Below are positions 60,801 to 64,000 of a stretch of DNA of 64,000 bases, in pieces. Origin of the DNA: Tubiluchus corallicola (taxonomy: Eukaryota > Animalia > Priapulida); contig JAQGDQ010000162.1 in assembly GCA_030141605.1 (NCBI GenBank), positions 124,001 to 188,000 of the forward strand, in the 5' to 3' direction. Every line of letters starts with the position of its first letter. The first letter of the stretch is position 1. The notes beneath the pieces are model-generated. The model ran no database searches. It worked only from the letters and a program-made list of their open reading frames with translations, and was not told where the DNA came from. Both the position numbers and the translations under genes were made by a program.

Positions 60801-62554
60801 CCAGTAGGTGGTATTAGTTTTGCTCTTTCTATGATCTTAGTATATTTTTTGTATCATTTTATTGTTTATGGCTAATGTCTTTGTATTACATACGCAATGG
60901 ATATGCTGATTTTGTTGCTGTATCAATTTTTTATTTGAGATTTTGGCACTTTCCTGATAGCCATATGTGTTTCAGGTTACTGATGTTTTGTGGTATGACA
61001 GTGACTGTTTTGTAACAAGTTGTGACGGTGGATCAGTAGACTTCTGGAATTCTGCTGGCAGAGAGATTTCAACACAATTTCATGCCGAAAATAAGGTTAG
61101 TTGTTTTATACCACGAGAAAAAAACATCTTAATCTTTGAGATGGCCGTGGTCTGTCTTTTTTTAGGTATTCTGCTTTTCTAATCAGCCAAGTTAAATAAA
61201 CGCACAGTCAGGGCCTGATTATCTTATAGGCTAGTATAGACTGCAGCCTTGGGGCTTTCAAGTTTCAGGGGCCCAAGCTTTGGTAAATTTGATAAAAATT
61301 TGTTTTTCATTACAGTAATTTAGTTTGCAATTAATAGTAAAATAGTGGTATTTCTTAAAGAATATGGACAAACAAAGGATAGCTATTTTAGTTTATTTAA
61401 AGAATTTGCAATAAGTTTGTTTAATGCTTTGTAAATGTCTCTAAAATATACCACGAGCAAAAAATGTTTTAAGACCGGTACAGCTGGGTTAGAGGGTGGC
61501 CACATCTGAGGGGACCCCATAATTTCATTAGCCTAGAGGTCCTAAAAGGTTGGCCCTGCATGCAGCAATGAGTAGCATTGTCTTCATAAATGTGCAGGCA
61601 TTTGAAGACTAGCTTATCCACACTTAATGAACTTTGGCAGCGTTGCAATGGGCCAAGTGTTTGGTAAGCAGCAACATGGTTTTTATTCAGATACAGCATC
61701 TGCCATGTTTTGAACAATTAAGATTATGTTCATGTAACAATCCACTTAAATTAAAATACAGTGTAAAAAACACGAAAGTCAACATTGTAACAAGCAAACT
61801 CCAACATAATTCCTTCTCTTTTCTGACCAATGCCCTTGGGTGGTAATAAGAAAAACCTCTTATAAGAGAGAACAGGCATTAGTCAGAGAAAAAATGAATT
61901 TTGTTGGAGTATCATAACTTGATTTTTTCTGTTATTTGGCTTCATATCACGTGATATGTAAGTTTATAATTTAGTGTTTGTCTTGTTTGCTTGTCACAAT
62001 GTTGTTTTTGTTTTTTACACTGTATTTTGTTTACGACTGTTGAGTAAACATGAACTTGTGTTGAAACATTATACATGTTGTGTCTGAATAAAAGCCATGT
62101 CTTTGCTTAAGTGGATGCTGGCTGTTATTTTCATTTTAAGAGTTTGTTTTCTGCATCACCAAAAAGTTGATAAGAATTTGATTGCCTTCAGATGAAACAA
62201 AAAAACATATTGAAATTGAAAAGCAATTAGCATTACTGTAGACATTGTTGTTGTAAGATATAAAATTACTATGATATAACATGATAACGTGATGTTAGAT
62301 ATAATATGAAACGTGGCTTTACTTGATAAAAAATTTTCTACAGGTGTGCACATGCTTGGCAGTGTGCAATGTGGACGTTGATCCGGTTTTGCTTAAACCT
62401 CGAGGTACGAATGTACGGCGGCAGTTCAAACCAGCCATCGCGGCTGGGTACAGCGATGGAAGCGTGCGCATCCTTGACCTGAACATCACGGATGTAGCCA
62501 TGAAAATGAAGGTGCACAACGGATCCGTGTCGAATATAAAATACTCTCACGATG
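30800..62554 (+). CDS. WDR90: WD repeat-containing protein 90 (POC16; CFA20/DUF667 domain plus WD40 propellers), 3'-truncated by the window end; 21 exons modelled
   Basis: N-terminal exons give QQPFVDLFRH..EW..DKTLKCMVYRITGAVAASNYIQIPRSSSQSLALTGRYCYILFKPLAGKHFVIHVDV..IRISLSSLFKEFKS..LDLQEILYLYL..YSHLKSIRLCASLLVKN (CFA20 domain); later exons give LKSVFGYNGNGRHNMVWYPDTGLFAY and GVVGT..LWYINWAE; all collinear with remembered WDR90 and phase-consistent. Confidence 0.93.
31530..31700 (+). mobile_element. Decayed CR1-like LINE ORF2 fragment
   Basis: Reads EKIPQRMTSLIPGLGNLT*SQRRQEIGLTTL, typical of the post-RT region. Confidence 0.55.
32250..32880 (-). mobile_element. Decayed L2/CR1-like LINE 3' portion
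   Basis: ORF 32504-32710 SFVLSNFEYANSLFLELP..QRVQNWAVKIVTG resembles the LINE ORF2 motif S.LDY.NSL..GLP...LQ.VQN.AA. Confidence 0.65.
33123..33214 (+). CDS. WDR90: WDR90 exon
   Basis: ttctag/..../gtacac; LQQPFVDLFRHANIREWSGASKTGEVTTLM. Confidence 0.85.
33325..33545 (-). repeat. Inverted copy of the dispersed repeat at 165-390
   Basis: Reverse complement aligns over about 220 bp. Confidence 0.8.
34022..34149 (+). CDS. WDR90: WDR90 exon
   Basis: ttccag/..../gtaagt; DKTLKCMVYRITGAVAASNYIQIPRSSSQSLALTGRYCYILF. Confidence 0.93.
34450..34510 (+). mobile_element. 5S rRNA-derived fragment (SINE-like or pseudogene), not a full 5S gene
   Basis: aagttaagcaatatcgaacctggttagtaattagatgggtg matches the 5S internal control region; the 5' half and terminal stem are absent. 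Confidence 0.7.
34963..35138 (+). CDS. WDR90: WDR90 exon
   Basis: ctgtag/..../gtataa; PLAGKHFVIHVDVIGADGLPIRISLSSLFKEFKSEVSRLLFP.. Confidence 0.9.
35308..35770 (+). mobile_element. Kolobok-like family A copy
   Basis: TTAA-AGGGAAGAAAAAG start; aligns with 5284-5756. Confidence 0.7.
35920..36090 (+). CDS. WDR90: WDR90 exon
   Basis: ctgcag/..../gtttgt; WTIVCLDLQEILYLYLRCVYSHLKSIRLCASLLVKNIVVSDTFFSP. Confidence 0.92.
37698..37785 (+). CDS. WDR90: WDR90 exon
   Basis: atgcag/..../gtaagt; KLPKVMSYPLMKGQTWTDHYSFV. Confidence 0.88.
38483..38657 (+). CDS. WDR90: WDR90 exon (linker)
   Basis: ttttag/..../gtatga; open frame, phase fits. Confidence 0.75.
38745..38795 (+). CDS. WDR90: WDR90 exon (linker)
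   Basis: tcacag/..../gtgtgg; QLNQFSTHVSPPRPTAK, phase 0-0. Confidence 0.6.
38919..39086 (+). CDS. WDR90: WDR90 exon (linker)
   Basis: atgtag/..../gtaaaa; KPKNLKKHSK..EVHIFAPPGGEVVIHHGKPK. Confidence 0.7.
39830..41996 (+). CDS. WDR90: WDR90 giant 2167-bp internal exon (first WD40 region)
   Basis: ttatag/..../gtattt; LEPNPIMRLHRVIGF..FLVGHTDKI..TLVRSH..QQIYDF..QMFIGHSSKI..GDAIFVWRF. Confidence 0.93.
42270..42322 (+). CDS. WDR90: WDR90 exon (linker)
   Basis: ttgcag/..../gtaagt; phase 1-0 fits. Confidence 0.7.
42491..42930 (+). mobile_element. Kolobok-like family A copy
   Basis: TTAA-AGGGAAGAAAAGG start; aligns with the 5284 and 35308 copies. Confidence 0.7.
43096..43165 (+). CDS. WDR90: WDR90 exon (linker)
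   Basis: ttgcag/..../gtatgg; ILHAENSLETADKKSDYYTTAEP; an alternative donor 5 nt downstream is possible. Confidence 0.65.
43819..43949 (+). CDS. WDR90: WDR90 exon
   Basis: ttgtag/..../gtataa; ..PSAKCHFRRKTRETFLAE. Confidence 0.75.
44091..44426 (+). mobile_element. Kolobok-like MITE family B
   Basis: TTAA-AGGAAGAC...GTTTTCCT-TTAA. Confidence 0.8.
44712..45130. mobile_element. hAT-type MITE
   Basis: TIRs CAGGGGCGTAT / ATACACCCCTG; 8-bp TSD CTGGCAAG / GTGGCAAG (7 of 8). Confidence 0.8.
45538..45762 (+). CDS. WDR90: WDR90 exon
   Basis: tttcag/..../gtgtgt; KRYMTSDSSAGLQLKSVFGYNGNGRHNMVWYPDTG..HTEEISTLALQSDCQ. Confidence 0.93.
46754..46916 (+). CDS. WDR90: WDR90 exon
   Basis: tttaag/..../gtaagg; VLASAS..ICVWNL..MDFSKDGRFLLSA. 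Confidence 0.92.
47401..47476 (-). pseudogene. tRNA-Arg-like pseudogene or SINE head
   Basis: Minus strand TGTGGCCTAATGGATAAGGCATTTGACT..GGATTCGAATTCC: D-arm/A box as in tRNA-Arg(UCG) and a B box; anticodon and acceptor stems are disrupted. Confidence 0.6.
47814..48058 (+). CDS. WDR90: WDR90 exon
   Basis: taccag/..../gtatgt; GDFRDPMITVWD..WDPYHVDEFVVVG..VSFWLV. Confidence 0.92.
48114..48802. mobile_element. pogo/Tigger-like MITE
   Basis: Imperfect TIRs CAGTAATTTCTCGCTTAACGA / TCGTTAAACTAGAACTTACTG-TA with repeated subterminal TTAACGA motifs. Confidence 0.75.
50446..51081 (-). CDS. CHAC1: CHAC1 exon 3
   Basis: ttttag/AVTWGVAYEVCG...TAG. Confidence 0.93.
   Translation of the reverse strand, partial: AVTWGVAYEVCGASQALRAFDHLNMRECTLGGYDTNFVDFHASEKTHLTSSVRVIVYIATDDNPLYMGPASIQQMALEISNAQGRCGHNVEYLLKLTSFFHEQCLHDQHLFDLEDEVLRVMKQRGVEISALMNHSECNSLHNVPELENPGSPGLIRHRRDTNELEHDIHLAEDSLRESANMSDDEDCSNESEQDEISDGVPVFMDSVKILV
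50446..54640 (-). CDS. CHAC1: Glutathione-specific gamma-glutamylcyclotransferase, CHAC1-type, 284 aa; exons 54640-54458, 51532-51497, 51081-50446; nested antisense in a WDR90 intron
   Basis: IFGYGSLIWKP..RFWQG..HRGT / PGRVATL / TWGVAY..LNMRECTLGGY..GHNVEYL; the catalytic Glu is present; 3-exon layout with a 36-bp middle exon as in vertebrate CHAC1. Confidence 0.93.
51497..51532 (-). CDS. CHAC1: CHAC1 exon 2 (36 bp)
   Basis: ttacag/PGRVATLSPDEK/gtaatt. Confidence 0.92.
53804..53888. repeat. Perfect 40-bp tandem duplication
   Basis: cattttcagtgtaattaagaaaaacttattgctgtacaga x2. Confidence 0.9.
54458..54640 (-). CDS. CHAC1: CHAC1 exon 1
   Basis: MHSVNGMMKQQKEQIRFFIFGYGSLIWKPGF..HRGTPAA/gtaggt. 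Confidence 0.92.
54720..54880 (-). promoter_or_regulatory. CHAC1 promoter: CARE TGATGCAAT (54739-54747), palindromic CRE TGACGTCA (54830-54837), CCAAT plus CACGTG (54849-54859)
   Basis: Exact consensus matches in a CpG-rich patch 100-220 bp upstream of the ATG. Confidence 0.75.
55772..56381 (+). mobile_element. Kolobok-like MITE family B
   Basis: TTAA-AGGAAAAC...GCTTTCCT-TTAA. Confidence 0.8.
56496..56643 (+). CDS. WDR90: WDR90 exon
   Basis: ttccag/..../gtaaga; EFTCSCYVSDKLLILGTNDGKLSCWD.. Confidence 0.92.
56790..57190 (-). mobile_element. hAT-like dispersed element; opposite-orientation copy at 61210-61558
   Basis: taggctaatgaaatt.tggg..ggccacc and ccaaagcttg.gggccc..aggctgcag are shared in reverse complement. 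Confidence 0.6.
58029..58216 (+). CDS. WDR90: WDR90 exon
   Basis: ttttag/..../gtaggt; ..IQLWNL..EMKLDGFVTASAFDKKCHI. Confidence 0.88.
58460..58825. mobile_element. Tc1/mariner-pogo-like MITE
   Basis: TA-CCGTATTTATTCGAGTAT...ATACTCGAATAAATACGG-TA; repeated TATAACGCGCAC motifs. Confidence 0.9.
58836..59397. mobile_element. hAT-like MITE
   Basis: TAGGGATGTAACGAT / ATCGTTTAGCATCCTTA; flanks GTTCACCT / GTTAAGCT (6 of 8); many TATCGT subterminal motifs. Confidence 0.65.
60124..60213 (+). CDS. WDR90: WDR90 exon
   Basis: tttcag/GVVGTSESVLWYINWAEPVHIRLVYGLSSS/gtaagt. Confidence 0.92.
60380..60720 (+). mobile_element. LINE ORF2 3' fragment
   Basis: PVWH..EIEHVQIKVCKIILGPRYTSYYDALKSLSLKKLIESRTDLALKF, a typical post-RT non-LTR motif. 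Confidence 0.7.
60976..61095 (+). CDS. WDR90: WDR90 exon
   Basis: tttcag/VTDVLW..VTSCDGGSVDFW..QFHAENK/gttagt. Confidence 0.92.
61210..61558 (+). mobile_element. hAT-like element, same family as 56790-57190
   Basis: Ends CAGGGCC...GGCCCTG. Confidence 0.6.
62344..62554 (+). CDS. WDR90: WDR90 exon (last in window)
   Basis: ctacag/VCTCLA..IAAGYSDGSVRILDL..KMKVHNGSVSNIKYSHD/gtaagt. Confidence 0.92.
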
Positions 62555-62689
62555 GTAAGTGAAACTGCTTTATTATTTCATATTCATAATTAGCGAGTGA
62601 ATATTAACCATGCCTTGCTGCCAAAAGTAAATAAAACAGTAAAGTTTCTAATTTGATTATTTGATGCTGATTGTTTTTTCCTGTGGTAA

Positions 62690-63130
62690 CGGGCCACCCA
62701 CATGTAATGGTAACACGTTTTTGGCCGATACCTTGTGTTATTTCTGTGTTATCATATGCTTCACCACCTACCTACCCCTTATATTGACATTGACATCACA
62801 CCGATGTAGCTTTTTGTACATTTTATTCTTCCTCCTCCCCAGTAGCATCACTTGTGTTAATTAACGGAAAGTCATCAGTGGTTTCTACTGGCATCAGTGG
62901 TAGAGGCGGTGGCAGCCCCAGTTCGCTGAACTCCTTCTCATTGACCCATTCTGCAGATTCCTCCTCCTCATGGCCAGTTACGACCAGGTATTCCCTGTTC
63001 CACATCAAAGCATGAAGTCAGGTAATGATATCATGGCTGAATCACCTACCTATCTTACGTTATAATGGCATAATCAGTCTCCTGCCACCTACTTATCCTA
63101 AACTTTATACAAAAATATGTGGATGGCCCC
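62690..63130. mobile_element. PIF/Harbinger-like MITE with TAA TSD
   Basis: TAA-CGGGCCACCCACAT...ATGTGGATGGCCCC-TAA. Confidence 0.8.
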
Positions 63131-63169
63131 TAAAGGCATTTGTAGTATTACAGTTTGTAGGCATATGTT

Positions 63170-63940
63170 TAGATTTAGATTTAGATTTATTTATTCATCC
63201 ATTTAGCACATACAAAGTTCTAAAATTACTAATTAGAAAGCAGCAGAAGAAATTAACTTATGAGCTATGCTCAACATGGATAAGACTAAATTAATTATAT
63301 TAAGAACAACAAAAAAAATATGTTAAATGAAGTGAAGAAAACAGATGTGAGAAAATGATAATGACGATGTTAATGATGTTGATGATAATGATGAGAACGA
63401 TGGTGATATTAATGCTGATGACAATGGTGATGGTGATGACAATGATAATGAATTGGTGCTAATGGTGATAATGCGCCAGGTTCGACCATATAAACCAAGT
63501 TAGCCATTTTTGCAGTGTTACGAAAATTGTGTTAACATATTGAACTATATAAAAATATAAAAATGTGTTATTTTCAATTACAGAAATTGACTAATTAGGC
63601 TCATACGACTTAAGAATTGATTTCTTAAATTTACGTTTGAATATATGTTCTGATTTAGCATTTTTTATTTCTAGCCAAAGTTTATTCCATAGTAAAGGCC
63701 CTGTGAATGTTAAATGATGTCTGGCTGTGTTTGTTCTGCAGTACTGCACTTTAAATTCATTTGACCTAGTACTGTGAAATTTAACATTTAATTGAACTGG
63801 ATTATTAAAAAAGATTGGATGTAGTTTTTTAACTGTTTTATACATATATATACCTAGGTTATAATTAACTAACTCATCAACTAATGTTCCAAGACATGCG
63901 ACTGGTAGGCAAAAACTTAATGATAACCGTATCAATATCT
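63170..63940 (-). mobile_element. LINE (CR1/L2 group) 3' end with a degenerate (GAT/AAT)n tract
   Basis: ORF 63591-63935 ..HSTR..RTN..LTFTGPLLWNKL..EIKNAKSEHIFKRKFKKSIL; minus-strand AATAAA followed by a (TCTAAA)n tail near 63170-63195. Confidence 0.75.
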
Positions 63941-64000
63941 TCCTGATATTTAATGTAACGCATAATGATTTTTCTGTAGTATATGACCCTGTATCCTATG

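Overview
AT-rich, intron-rich animal (probably invertebrate) genomic DNA; species not identifiable from sequence. Two multi-exon WD40 genes lie on the + strand: the 3' part of WDR12/Ytm1 (1-19460) and the 5' part of WDR90/POC16 (about 30800 to beyond the window end). Each carries antisense genes inside its largest intron. The 11.5-kb WDR12 intron (5834-17350) holds three intronless orphan class A GPCR genes plus two internally deleted GPCR relics, shaped by a 3.47-kb tandem duplication. The 8.4-kb WDR90 intron (48059-56495) holds a 3-exon CHAC1-type gamma-glutamylcyclotransferase with a CARE + CRE promoter. A paraxis/scleraxis-class bHLH gene lies between the two hosts. Introns carry a 2-kb 23-bp minisatellite, a degenerate TTAGGG tract, Kolobok-, hAT-, Harbinger- and pogo-like MITEs, LINE 3' ends and tRNA/5S-derived SINE-like fragments. 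Exon boundaries were read by eye (GT-AG, phase-checked). Protein identities rest on remembered homologues, not database searches.
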